From: Camelus ferus
Taxonomy: Eukaryota
Length of the DNA: 64,000 nucleotides
Assembly: GCF_009834535.1 (NCBI RefSeq)
Contig: NC_045707.1
Location: 47,680,001-47,744,000, forward strand
Reading direction: 5' to 3'
Positions 24,533 to 37,689 of this stretch are shown here, piece after piece. Below the pieces are notes generated by a model, which was not told where the DNA came from, did no database searches, and saw only the letters and a list, made by a program, of their open reading frames with translations. The translations under genes were made by a program, and so were the position numbers. Every line of letters starts with the position of its first letter. Positions within the stretch are counted from its first letter, which is position 1.

Positions 24533-25899
24533 CTTATACTTCTGTTAAAAAATAGCATATACATGGCTTATAATCATGAAAATAAAATAATACATATATA
24601 AGGATTATAATAAAATAGAAACAATGCATGTCCAGTTCCACTTTACCCCATCCCACCTCCCTCTTCTAATCCTTTACTTCAGAAGTTAACTACTTACAAA
24701 TCTGTCAGCTTTGTATTTGGTATCTACTTTCTTATTTCTAAATAACGTCTACAGATATTTCTTGATTTCCCATTTTAGATATTATCTATTGACTGCCTAC
24801 AAGTCCTTCAAATGTAGTTATAACACATATACACACGTAAATATTTTTCGTAGTTGAGCCACATAGTATACTGATTAATGTCCTTCTATAACTTTCTCCC
24901 TTTGATGTTAATATTGTCTCAGTTTTTTTTTATTGCTTCCTATTCTTTAAAGAGCCTCTAATAGTTCCTAACACATATTTGGCAAGTGCTGTATGCCCAA
25001 TACTGTTGTAAAAGATTTATAAGTAAGGGGTTGGGAATAGAAGGTGGGATATGTCATGCCTTGGTGTGAAAGGACAAGGTCCAAGTTCCTTGCTATGCCA
25101 CATAAATTCTGACCCCTGAGAATCCCCCAACTTCAACCCTTGTCTTCTCCTTCCCGTTGTTTGGCATTCCAGCCCCTCTGGACTTGCTTTATATCCCAGA
25201 ATTTACCAAGCTCCCTCTTCTTCACTGGCCTTTTTACCTGCCGATGGCTGCCTGCATCGCTCTTCTGCCCCTATTATTTTCCTCTTATCCATCCTCAGGT
25301 GCCAATCTTCCCTGACCCCTAAAAAATGTTAGTTAGTGTGTCCTGCAGTGCCATCCTGTAGTTCTGTGTTCTTCTCACTCACCACTCTTCATGCTTATTT
25401 TATTACTTGGTTAACATCTGTTTTTCTTTCTGAACCATAAGCTTTGTGAAGGCGTGTCTGGGTGGTCTTGTTCCCTGTAGGGGCCCCAGTGTTTGGCATC
25501 TAAATTTTTGGCTGTTTATAAATTTTAGCTCTGATATGATGGGGCCTCCAAGGAGAATGACAGGGATGCAAATGCACATGAAAACATTGCAATGATTCAG
25601 GCTGAGAAAATCCCGTGTAAGGGTAATGAACTGTTTACTCACATGAAGTAATTCTGTTTCTCCTTTATAAATTGCCTAACCTTAAACTGGCTGAGACTCA
25701 TTGTAACTACAAAGTGAGAGGCAACGTGGCTTTAGAGATTGGGCAACCTGGGTGCAAGAATCCAGTTCTTACTCAGATTTTGCAAATGATCCTGGGAGGC
25801 CTGGGAAAAGTCAGCTAACATTTTAGAATGTCAGCACAACTGGCCGTGGATTCTCTAACCTTCCATCTACCATAATGCACTGGAGGGGTATATTGGGCC

Positions 25900-26330
25900 A
25901 AAAGTGGTGGTTCTCTGAGGAGTAAAAACAGAGAAACCAGTAGGGGCTCTGCCTTCTTGGGGTCTCCAGTCTAGTAAAGAAGACAGGAAATCCACAGCTA
26001 AATGCATATATAAATATGTTCTTGCAGGTTGAAAAAATGGTGTCAAACTGGAGACCAAATGGTGATGGAGAACAAAGAGGAAGCTCTACATAAGTGGTCA
26101 GGGAAGGAGAGCCTGAGAAAGTATTACTGAAGTTAAAAAGGCAGGGACAATTGAGGGAAAGTAAGTTTCAAGTCTCTAGGACAGGTGGCAGTTAAGGTGG
26201 TTATGTCTCAGAGACAGCATGGTTGTGTCCAGGACCCAAAAGGAGTCCATTGTGGCTGGAACAGGGAAAGCAAATGAGGAGGGGGGCTCAAAGTGAAGTC
26301 TGAGAGACAGACAGGAGCCTTACTATTTGG
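25900..26330 (-). mobile_element. L2 remnant
   Basis: gtggtcagggaagg...aaaggagtccattgtggctggaacaggg...gtctgagagacagacaggagcc is typical of L2 body sequence in reverse. Confidence 0.5.
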
Positions 26331-26729
26331 GACTGTGAAGCCAGGGCGACTCCCATTTGTGGTCTGCACATGGGCTGCTGGTCTGCAAACTATTGGCTGT
26401 GATAAGAATAAGAGCTTGCGCAGACGTAAATCAACTATGTCACATAGAACGCTTTTTAGTTGCACTTATATACACATATAGCAAGTCTTTCTCAATGAAA
26501 GAAGGAGTAGGCAGCTTTACATTGACATTCTGATGTAAATTCCTTAATTTTTTGCGTACTAACACTTTTGAGCTTACAATGGACAAACTCTATAAAGAAT
26601 TTTCAGTGCACGTGAATGTTGAGTGAATGGTGAGGGAGTTGGTGGGAAGGCTATGAATTGAATTCATAGTGATTGAATTCACTTTTCAAAGTGATTTCTG
26701 TAACTACAGAATAGAGAGTGGAGTGGGAA

Positions 26730-27010
26730 GAGGCAGGAGAAGAGATCAGTCAGGATCATCAGTCTAGGGAAGAGACGATAATGGCCTGGACCAAGATGGT
26801 GGCAATGGAAGTGGAAGATTAATGGACAGATCATGATCTATTTGGAGACAGAATCAATAGGATTTTCTCATGGATTAGGGGATGGAGAGTTAAGAGGTCA
26901 ATTCACACTTGACCACCAGGTTTCTGCTCTGAACAACCTTTTGAATGTTTGTGCCATTGATTGAGATGGTAGCGGTTGAGAATGAATGAGTTTAGAACTG
27001 GGGAGATGAT
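26730..27010 (-). mobile_element. L2 remnant
   Basis: gataatggcctggaccaagatggtggcaatggaag...gacagaatcaataggatttt...ccaggtttctgctctgaacaac...gtgccattgattgagatgg. Confidence 0.65.
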
Positions 27011-30000
27011 GTGCATGGATATTAACATTAGTAGTTATAATAGTGGATTCTAAAAAAAACCTGGAGCCTCTATGATGTTTATAAATTAATAAACATTAGC
27101 ATAGTCCATATTTTTTTCTCAAAATGCTTTTTTGAGAGCAAGGAAAAGATAAAAAGTTGTGTTTAGTAGATTCTGGGAGGAGTTAGGTTCACTCATTAGC
27201 TGAGGGAATCTTTTCATCATAAGTGATTCAGCTATATGACTAAGCCAAGTCATACAGGTATCATGATCTTGAAGGGTGCTTCTGAATGGTTGAAATTATA
27301 AATGTTATATCCATGAATACCAAGGGTGCATCCAGGATGAGGAGTAAGTTTCATCTTAACTCTCAACTCTGATTAATTTTTAGTGAATGCTCAGAGAACT
27401 CCTTTGGGGGCTACATCTGGATTGAGTGAAAAGACTGCTGTCATTGACTTTTCAGTGTATACCTTGGATGCAGGAGAAACTGTGGCAGCAAGCAGGCCAA
27501 CTATTTGCTGACTCTCTGCATCTTTCAGGTATAGAAAATGAATTGGATAAATGTCTCAACATGTGTGGCTCTGGATATATCATTCCAAAAACTGCAAAAT
27601 GAAATAAGCACTAAACTTTGAAGGGAACTGTCTATGTGATTAAAACTTGGAATGGATTCCAAGAGCTGGAATACAATGTTGTTACTGTTCCTTCCTTTGA
27701 CCATGATATTGGAACCAAACCTTGCTAATAATAACCAAAATGCCCTCTGGGATGTTAATGCAGTTATGCTCTGGGATCCATTAGGGTTAGGAAAACAGCC
27801 TGATAAGGACTGGGCAAATTCCACAGATCTGACTGGACTAATTGCCATAGAGTACAATTAAATGGCCGCACCTGGTGATAAGGTGGACCATTCTCAATTT
27901 CTCTCATTTTATTCTATGCACAAAGAATGTTTGCTTTCTGTTTACTCATTTCAGTTTAATCTGGCTTTATCATCCCTTCCACTACCTTTGAACCTTCCCC
28001 AGAAAGTGGAGGCCTTTTGCTTTCCTACCCAAAAGAAGATTCTGGTGACCATGAGAAGTATTTTGGGTTGCCAAGGAAACTAAAGACTAGTTTAGATTCA
28101 TCAGAAAGTGGCAACATTTTAATGGAACATTGGGAAGGGTGCTGCCAACTCCTGCTCAGGTTGTGGAGACAGGAAGGCTGATGTATGATATTAGAAATGA
28201 TTATCCAAGACTCTGCCACAACTTCATAAATAATAATGATAATAATTATTATCATGATGAAGCATCAGGGGAATAATGATTTGAAGAAGTTGATATAACA
28301 AGTCATATCAGTTTTATGACCAAAAGTCATGAAAAGCTTCACTTTCTAGTGAAGAGAAGACATGGGTGATTTTTATAATTTAGATACATTTGTCAAGGTG
28401 CTGCAGAGTCCACTGCTGGACAAGAGTAAAAATGGGTCACTTTCAAAAGAATTACTTTTAATTTACCCTGAGATCTTGTGGATATGAAAATGAATTGAGG
28501 TAGCAAGTGAATGCCTGTTTATTTGTTAATATTTGGGTAGACCCATAGAAAGAATTAGAGATGTTTGAGGTCATCCAGTCTTGGTGGTTTCAGACACTTC
28601 ATTCTTTATAATAGCACAACTTAAAAAAAAAACCTTTTAATTCAACTTCACCATAAAACAGGTAAAAGCAAAAATGATTGCATAAGAGATGGAGTAGAGA
28701 GTTGAGAGCATGACCCACTTGGGTTTATGCCTTCTCCACCCCCCTGACTTTTTCCGTAAGACACCACTGTTCTAAGGACTCAGTTTGAAAACCACTAATC
28801 TAAAGCAACTTCCTCATTATATAAACAGGGGATGAGGAGACTTAACCCCAGATCACAGAATTAATTACCAGGGAGACTAGCTTCCTGTACAATGATCTTT
28901 ACATTACATGATGCTCAGAGTGCCAATGATGATCCTCCTGTCTCCTGAGCCCCCCCCCATCCCTTCCTAAACCTCATGTGAATGGGGTTCTATTCATAAT
29001 CTTACTCTTTCCATGTTATTCAATAGACTTCATCCCCATCACTGCAATTCTAGTAACAGCTTAAAGAAAAACATCTGACTCCACATACCCACAAGAGCAC
29101 AGTAGGGAACTTCGGACATGCCTTCCTCAGTGGCTGCTGCTCCTGAACGTGCCCTGGGAGCAAGGGTCCCCGCCCGTGACCAATGCTGGGTGGGAGGCGG
29201 GCCAGGAAGTGGAATCTGTCTTGTCATCTTGTATTGTACTTCCCTGCCATGTGACAGAATAGAGTAATGAGAAAATCTCTGCAGGTCTTGGATTGTTTGA
29301 ATGCTGCTCTCTTTCTCAAAACTGGCATTATTTCTGGCCTTTGGTAAATAGCAAGTTCTCATATCCTATTTTGTGAGATTTTTAATCATGTGCAGTTAAT
29401 AGGCAAACTGTTGCAAAGCATAATAGTATCTATCACCTGCATATAAGAAGGAGTGTTAATTTTACATGGACTTGTATTTCTAAGGGTCACCAGTTTTTGG
29501 AGGTAGACATGATCTTAGATAATTTCTCATCCATTTTTTTTTCCTCTTACAGTAAGGTAGTTGATGCCCAGAGTGGTGAAGAGCTGTGTCTGAGTCAGCC
29601 AGTTCAAGGCATGAACTCAGTCCTCCTCTGTCAAGATTCACTGCTTACCCCACTCTTTGATTTGAATTGATTGAAAAAAAAATATGCATTGTGCATCCTC
29701 TAGTGCAAAATGTCTGTGACGGAGAGGGAAATTTTCCTATTTATTTGTTGGTGAAGAGTAGACAATAAAAAAATGAGGTCTTTATCTCATTTACAGAAGA
29801 TTTGCATTCTAAAAGCATTGTTTACCAGCCCTTTGGGTCATTTTTTTTTTTTTTTTTTTTTTTGGTCTGAGAAAGCAGTCAATGTTTCATGCTAGGAGTT
29901 TAGACATGATCAGTAGTCTTGGCTGTACTTTTTAGATTAATGACTGCATCTTTTATCTTGTACATTGAATAAGATACAATTTGATCCTTTGGTTCAAATA

Positions 30001-30249
30001 CTGTCAAGGCTGTAGGAACTCCTTTGAGATAATTCGCTGAGACCAGACCCAAAGCTACTGATTTCATCACCAAATATGGGCCACCATCATGCACATATGG
30101 GACAGTAGATTTAGACAAGCCAAGTCAACTCATGGATGAGAGATGAAGTGACCTACCTATGACAATGATGAGAGGGAGAAGCCTGCATTGTATTAGTTTC
30201 ATCTTTAAAGAGTAAATTATTATTATTTTTCCTGTCTTTGAAAGCAGTT

Positions 30250-30490
30250 TGTGAGGGATTAAGAGTTTGGGCTCTGGAGCTGGGCTACCTGAGTCTGAAT
30301 TCCAGGGCTGCTCTTTACTGGTTGTGTGACCTTTATTGAGTTAGTTAACCTCACTGTGTCCAATTCTTTGGATCTGTACAGTAGGGTAATAAGAGTAAAC
30401 ACCTCAGAGTGTTCTGAAGATTAAATGTGTAAATACATGCAACTGCTAGTTTGGCATATAATAAGCCTTCATAAATATTACCTATTATTA
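30250..30490 (+). mobile_element. MIR remnant
   Basis: ttaagagtttgggctctggagc...ctgagtctgaattcc...tgtgtgacctt...ttaacctcactgtg...gaagattaaatgtgtaaatacatg. Confidence 0.7.
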
Positions 30491-31619
30491 TTCTCATACG
30501 GATTAAAGGCACTATTTAAACTCAGATACGCATCAAACTTCTAATTGTTTAAAGCTGTGATATGAAAAATGCTTGAAGTAGCTCCATTTTGGAATACTTT
30601 GTTATGCAGCCATAGATAACCAATATACACACTAACATGATTGAAAGTCACCACCAATATGGAGATAGTCTAGATAGAGCACATCTGATATCTAATTCTT
30701 GTTTTTTCACATACTCATTCAATAAGCACTTACTATGTGCGAGGCTTTGTGGACATAAAAGTTAACTTTTAGAAAAGGCACTGTCCTTGCCTTCTTGGAA
30801 AAAGCAAGCTTGGAAAATTTGTAGCAGATCTATTTATGCAACGTCACTAATTTATTTTAAACTATGACTTATTATAAATGTTGGATTTGAATAGTTTATT
30901 AATTATATAATTAAATGTTTTGCACTACTGAAAAATAAACAAAAAAACTTCTTCTAGTCGTTCCAGTGGATTCCAACAGCCTCCTCACTTTATATGTTCA
31001 GGAAGCTCTAAGACATGGCCCAGCACTGATAACCTCTTCTGGGCAGACTTTTCTTGTTAAAGATGAGAGTTGGTGTAAGGTCTGATTTCTGTGACTTTAT
31101 TCATTTGCAGTGCATTCCTGAGTGTGACTCATGTGGCACATTCTGGGCCAGGTAAACTAGGGGTGGAGGGAAAGGAGTGTGAGGACATAAACCAAATTAA
31201 GATAGAGTCTCAGCTCTCCTAAGATTTGGCAGTGAGAGGTGGGGTAGGATGAGGATGAAAAGAAACAGGGAAAGGTCTTGCCTTCAAAGAGTTCACTGAG
31301 AGAGAGAGAGAGGCAGGAGACTGTGCAGAGCACTCAGGGAGCACAGAAGAGGAAGTGACTAAGACAGCCTGAGGGACCAAGGAAGGCTTCAGGCAGGAAA
31401 TGACATACAAACTGGGTCAAAGGATGAATCACTGTCTCATAGAAGAGAGAAGGTGAGTTTTAAGAGAGGGGAAGCTGCATGTGCAAAGGCACGGAGGCAA
31501 GACTCACAAAAGCAGTCAATATTAGGGCACCACCCCACTTCCAGGACGCATCATTGCCCAAGCTGCTGAGTTCAGATGGCAGAGCCTGATGTGAGGCAGT
31601 CCCAGCTCACCTTTGCAAG

Positions 31620-32072
31620 CCCATTTCTTGCTTCACAACCACTAGCCACACTGGCTCCTCTTGTCCCTGGATGATCATAAACATGATCGCTTCAGAGTTG
31701 CTGCCCTTACTGTTTCTTTTTTCTGGAACATTCTTTCCCATTTGTTCACATGGTTGACCCCTTCCTCACTCTTCAGATCTTACCTCCTCAGTGAGGCCAT
31801 CCAGGGCCATCTCCCCTGAAGCCAGACCCCTGCCATTCCTTCTCACAGCACATGTCACATGGAATGCATTGTGACCTGTAATTTTTCCCCTGCTAACATG
31901 TTTATTGCCTGCCCGCTGCTCTGGAATGTAGCATGAGATGTGGGTGTAAGAACACTGACTTTCTTGTTCCCTATGTATCCGTAGGGCCCAGTTCAGTCCT
32001 TGACACTGTGCTTGATAGAAATTGTTGAATGAAGAAATGAAAACATCAATGAATAAATGAATGAATGAATGA
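31620..32072 (+). mobile_element. L2 3' end with (AATG)n tail
   Basis: ctagccacactggctcc...ctggaacattctttccc...acctcctcagtgaggcc...ttgttgaatgaag...aatgaataaatgaatgaatgaatgaa. Confidence 0.75.
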
Positions 32073-32109
32073 AAAATTTTGAATGAGATCAGACGTTTTC
32101 CGTTTGTTC

Positions 32110-32495
32110 CTCTGGATCTAATCTCTACCCTTCTCCATCCAGTTCTGTGTCATAAGAGGTATAAACCTATGTAAACCACATCAGTATCTACCCTCTGGGT
32201 TGGATTCAGCCAATGGGGAGCAGCTAAAGGAGAAAGGAGAGTCAGTTGGGGTGGGGTTGGGATGATGGCTGCATCCCTCCCTGCTGTCTCAGGAGAAGCC
32301 CTCTCCACACATACTCTCTGCAGTTAGGGAAGGTAAGTGCTCCCTCCCTCCATCACTTCAGGGGGAGTGACACCTCCTTCTCTTTTGCCGCGTCACTATC
32401 CCTTGTGGTTTCTCTATTATGTTACCTACATTTCTGTAGGTAGTCTCTTAATCTCTCTTTAACTTACCTATGCTAATCTGTTTCCTATCAGGATC
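32110..32495 (+). mobile_element. Old ERVL-class LTR (LTR33-like)
   Basis: gggttggattcagccaatggggagc...ctaatctgtttcctatcaggatc resembles LTR33-type LTRs; family uncertain. Confidence 0.45.
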
Positions 32496-32651
32496 TGGAG
32501 AGATAGGAAAGGGCTGGGACCAAGTTAGGAAAGGCCTTGCATGCTTGTAAGGAGCTGGGACCACGTTCATTCGGAAGTGGAGAACTATGAAAGACAGATC
32601 TTTTTGCAGGGGTATGACATAGCCCAAAGAGTGGAGTAAATACATGGAGGC

Positions 32652-33700
32652 AGTGTAGATCATATTCTTTAAACTTTTGATAGTGCACCCCATTGGTGAA
32701 GGTGGAGCATGTCCTGCTAACTTGTGCATATCTGTTTGTTTGCAAATTGTATACATATATTATTTTTTAATTGAAAGGTAGTTGATTTACAATACTGTGT
32801 TAGTTTCAGGTATACAGCAAAGTGATTCAGTTATATATATATATTTTTTTTTCAGATTATTTTCCATTAAATGCTATTATAAGGTATTGAATATAGTTCT
32901 CTGTGCTATGCAGTAAATCCTTGTTGCTTATCTATTTTATGTATAGTAATTTATCTGTTAATCCCATACTCCTAATTTATCCCTCCCACCTCTCCCCTTT
33001 GGTAACCAGAAGCCTGTTTTCTATGTCTATGAGTCTGCTTCTGTTTTGTAGATAGATTCATTTGTTTGTATTAAGTAATTAATTGAAATGTAGTTGATTT
33101 GCAGTGTCGTGTTAGTTTCTGGTGTACAGCATAGTGCTTCAGTTATACGTGTATACTATATATTCTTTTTCATATTCTTTTTCCTTCTAGGTTATTACAA
33201 TGTATAATTTTTTAGATTCCACATAGAAGTGATTTATTTGTCTTTCTCTGTCTAACTCACGTAGTATGATATTCTCTAGGTCCATCCCTGTTGCTGCCAT
33301 CCATTCTTGTACTACCCACTTTTATATAGTGTAAAATATAAAAGTAGACATTAAAAGGAACAGGATAAAGATAAACTGTATTTAAACTATTTCAAATTGA
33401 TTTTCAATTTTTCTGTCACTAAAAACCATGCTATTCATGTTCTGATTGCTTCGTTGTTAAGTGTCTTGCTAAAATTACAGCTAATATTTCATTATCCACT
33501 CAGAGTGCCATTCATTGTCAAGGATGGTGCATATAAATCCATATTCCAAATTATCTCCTTGGTAACTTCAGTTGGGTAGAGGCAAGCTGAATTTCTTGTC
33601 AAATCTAATTACTGTTATAATTGTTTTGGACATGTAGTATGGTGACAAAGCGCTTCTACCACATGTAATTTGCCAATTTTCTTATTGTTGTCCATATCTC
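32652..33700 (-). mobile_element. hAT-Charlie-type DNA transposon remnant with decayed BED zinc-finger coding sequence, interrupted by L1 fragments
   Basis: Minus strand 33567-33430 translates SYQGDNLEYGFICTILDNEWHSEWI / EILAVILARHLTTKQSEHE, resembling the Charlie/ZBED5-type BED region; outer limits approximate. Confidence 0.55.
32760..33298 (-). mobile_element. L1 3' end containing a second nested L1 3' fragment (33073-33200)
   Basis: The 3' terminal motif attgaa..tagttgattt.ca.t...gtgttagtttc.ggt.tacagca.agtg.ttcagttata occurs twice; the host element resumes at tgtataattttttagattccacat. Confidence 0.85.
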
Positions 33701-35659
33701 TAGCAAAGAAAACAAGAAATTATAATAATAAACATTTATTAAATACATAACTTGGCCCACATTATTGAACACAAACCAAGAACCAAGAGCTTTATGTACC
33801 ATTTTAATCTCATACTAAAAGAAAGACCAGGAGCTTTTGATAGATGATCTAAATAAAACTTCAGAACAGTCCTGCAAAATCAGCATCATTTTTAGCTTTT
33901 TTTTTTAATGAGGAAACTTTTTGCAAACATGGAAAGATCAAGGAACATGCCCAGTAGCTAGTAAGTGTCAGAGAAAGCTTCAATTTAAACTCTGTAGTAT
34001 CTGTGCCTGGAGAACTTGTCCCTAACCTGCCTATAAAAAGCTGATAAAGAAAAGGGAAACTTCGGGATGCTTTTATCAGATGGCCTTAATTTTCTCAATA
34101 AAATAGAGGAGGCTTAGTAGACTCAAAAGGCTGTGTTCAGATAAAACTGGAGTGAAATGTGATTACCCAGCTTCAAAGTAGAGTACCTTAAAAGCTACTC
34201 TTTTCACTCTTTCCACATTAAAACCAAAAGTCTGACACTCTTCAAATAGCAAATGCACTTATTTCCATCCTGGTTTCCCTGTGGTTCCTTTCTTCCTAGC
34301 TGGAGGTACGCATGCTTGGCACTTACAGTTAATGCCATAAGTGAGTAAGGGTTTGGCTAGGGGAAAAAACAAAGAATGCGTGTTTTCTTTGTTTGTTATT
34401 TTTGGTCTATTGTCCCTGACCCCAGTTGCAAGATGTTGAGGTGAATGTCAAATATTGTTAAGAGTTCTTAGGGAGAAAAATGGTAGGAGGCCACTCAAGA
34501 AAACCCTTGAAGGAGAAGGCCACCATTATTAGATACATTAACCTTGACTAGAAAGTCTGTTTTGATAGCTGGACAGATGATGCTTTTAGCATAGCTCCTG
34601 TAGAGCTATAGGCACCATTATATCCATAAAGTCTCCTGAGAGACTTGAGTCTGACAAGTCCTTGTCTTCTTTTACAGAGCCCAGCACTCTGAAAAGTCAT
34701 GGTTATTGTAAAGGGTGCAGGGATCGGGGTTGGGGGTGGCCTAGCACAGGTAATAAGAAGGTAGCCTAGGGAGTAAGTGGGATGGAGAGTGAGATGGGAG
34801 CTTGGTAGACCAAGGTGTCAACCAGAAGGGAATAGGATAATCACTCAATTATTTATAATTTCAATTATGGAAAGAGCCCTTCTAATGTCCTAGCTCTTTA
34901 AACATTGGGCTTTCTACATGCTGTTACGTGTACTTCCAGAGAAGGTGAGTGGAGGAACAAATCACTTCAGCTCTTGATGAATACATTTTCAAAGATTATG
35001 TTCTAGGGTGGGAGAGAAAACAAACAGAATTTTGTACCTGCAAAGTAATTCATAGTAATCCCCTGGGATACCATGGGCAATTCAAAGCATTATGCTAAGA
35101 GCATGAAAAGGTAGCACTTTTAATATATTTTCTATTATTTCTGACTGAATAGGTCAGGCAGTTCCAACTGTTGAATACTGGGCTTTTATTATGGCTTGTG
35201 CAATTTTGAAAAGCATTAAGATTCCTTTAATAAGCCTGTAGAGTATAATGTTTCTACTGGGCCATATTCTTGTGGGTCTGCACACACAAAGGCACACTCC
35301 CTTGTAACTGGGGACAAAGAGCCACTGCTGTCTTCCTGAGTTGGGCCTCTCAGTCTCCTGCTGGCGATCAATAGTGCAATCACTCTGGGCCTCGCATTTG
35401 GAGGAGTAGATAGGGGAGGGGGTAAGGTGGGAAAACCCTGAGCTGTTAAATGCTGTTGGAAAAATTCACTAAACCGTGAGACCTGTCTGCTCTTTGCCAC
35501 ACTCAGCCCCCACCAAAGGTAAGTGTTCTGTTTAACGCCTGTTGATTCCCCCTTCTATTTCTTCAGTGGCCACTGTGTACCTTTAATGTAAGTTTTCAAC
35601 TCAACAACTCACTCCTTTATTTATTTACACTAATATTTGAGGATTGTATAATTTTTGTG

Positions 35660-35792
35660 TGTCATGAAATATCATTCTTCTGATATTTTCAACCATTTAA
35701 AAATATAAAAGCCATACTTCTTAGGTTGGGACTGCACAAAAACAGGCATTGGGCAAGATTTGGCTCATGGGCTGTATTTTACCAATTCCTGG
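35660..35792. mobile_element. MER58-like hAT-Charlie element end
   Basis: ttttcaaccatttaaaaatataaaagccatacttcttag...cacaaaaacaggc...gatttggctcatgggctgtattttaccaattcctg. Confidence 0.7.
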
Positions 35793-37083
35793 TGTAAACT
35801 GTTAGGGAGGATTATTTATTCTTTACGTCTTGTGTGCCTTTCCATGTGGAGTGAGTTTCACAAGCATAAGAACTGCCTTCTCTACCCCATCACTAGCTCT
35901 GTCCCAGGGGAGGTGGAGTGACTTGATTTGATTGGTGAGGCTACAGGAGAGAGTGGGCATGCCCTTTCCTCTTTTCTTTCCCTTTAGGAACCAGCTACCT
36001 GCAGGGAGCATACACTTTTGTCTGTTTCATGACATGGCCTCCCGAGACCAGCATTGCATGGTGGGCAGTCTGTCTAATTCTGAGCATCAGTATGAGAAAG
36101 TCCACTTGTCTTTCTTATTCAGATAAAAGCCGCTTTATCCAATATCAGCTTCGTCAGTAATAAAGGTAATATTTTGGTTTCTAATCCATCTTACTCATTT
36201 ACCTTATTTTTCAATTGATTTAGGCGTAGAATAGACATGCTACTTATTGAGTCATCTAATAACTTCAACTTGGATTTACCATCATTTGTGGTATTATGGG
36301 ATTTAGCCATTCCCCATCTTTTCATTCTTAATACTTCCTATTCCTTTGGTTAAAACTATTCATGATCAAGTCTGTGGATTCATTCTTTATTCCTGCTTGC
36401 TTTTCATGCCACCTAAAAGACCCATGTCTTATGGGCCTCTCTTTGAAAACTCTCATAGGTACCTCTAGAGACGACCTATGCAGTCTCTGTGCCACAATAT
36501 TTTCCCTCTTCTAGATTTCTTGCCTGCTGTTATCAGCTTAATATTCCTGCAACATGGCTCTGAGATGTCAGATGTGTCATACATATCAATCTTTGATGAG
36601 TTCCCATCAATAACCAGATAAAGAATAATGCCATCGATGACATTCAAAGCCTTCTGTATTTGAACCTTACTTATTATTCTAGCCTATTTTTCGTTATTTT
36701 TAAAAAGTATGAATGCATGTAAAATGTTTATAATAATACCTGGCATATGACAAACACTTAATACATGTCAGCTACACTGTTCCATTGCACACCAGCCAAA
36801 CACTTTCTAATCAGAGTGTCGACTTACTATTCCCTACATAACTGGCTTTTACCTTTTTTCCCCCATCTATTCAAGTCATTTTTCAAGTCATTATCTCTGC
36901 CAGCTGAAATCTTACACAGGCTCCAAAGCCTGCCTGATGAACCTCCTTCTCTTATGCTTAATTCAGCAGAAGAGCTCAACAATGGTAATTTTTACCAATC
37001 ACTGTGTAAAGTCCTTGGGACCCTCAAGATCACAATTATGTGGCAGAAATTGACATGTGAACAAAAAAAGTTGCTACACAGTA

Positions 37084-37605
37084 TGTGATGGTAAATTTTA
37101 TGTGTCCACTTTGTTGGGCTAAAGGATGTCCAGATAACTGGTGAAACATTACTTCAGGGTATGACTGTGAGGGTATCTCTGGAAGAGATTAGCATTTGAA
37201 TCAGTGGACTGAGTAAAGAAGATCACCCTCACCAGTGCAGGTGGGCATCCATCATCCAATTTAGTGAGGCCCTGAATAGAGCAAAAAAGGCAATGGAAGG
37301 GTGAATTCACGCTCTCTGCTCCAGCTGAGACATCTGTCTTCTCCTGCCCTTGGACATTGGTGCTCCTGGTTCCTGGGCTTTTGAACTAAGACCAGGAATT
37401 CGACCATCAGCTTCCCAAGTTCTGAGGCTGTCAGACTTGGACTGAATGACACTGCCAGCTTTCCTGGTTCACTAGCTTGTAGACAGCAGATGACAGGACT
37501 CCTTGGATTCCATAACTGCATGAGCCAATTCCTATAAAGTCTTCTCATATAGATCTCCTCTATATTTTATTGCTTCTGTTTCTCTAGAGAATTCTGAGTA
37601 ATACA
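37084..37605 (+). mobile_element. ERVL solo LTR, MLT2-type
   Basis: tgtgatggtaaattttatgtgtccactt...ggaagagattagcatttgaatcagtggactgagtaaagaagatcaccctcacc...tctgtttctctagagaattctgagtaataca; TG...CA termini. Confidence 0.85.
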
Positions 37606-37689
37606 GGTAAGCAGAGTGTTAGGTGTGAAGTGATATAAGTGATTTCAAGGTAAAATTCTGTAAATAGATGTGAGTGATTCACAAATTGC

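Noticed and set aside
27100..28500. Unique-looking region with small ORFs and an acceptor-like tctttcag at ~27528; faint resemblance to an ancient LINE (CR1/L3 or L4)
   Set aside because: I could not reconstruct a convincing exon or RT motif by eye; it needs a Dfam search.
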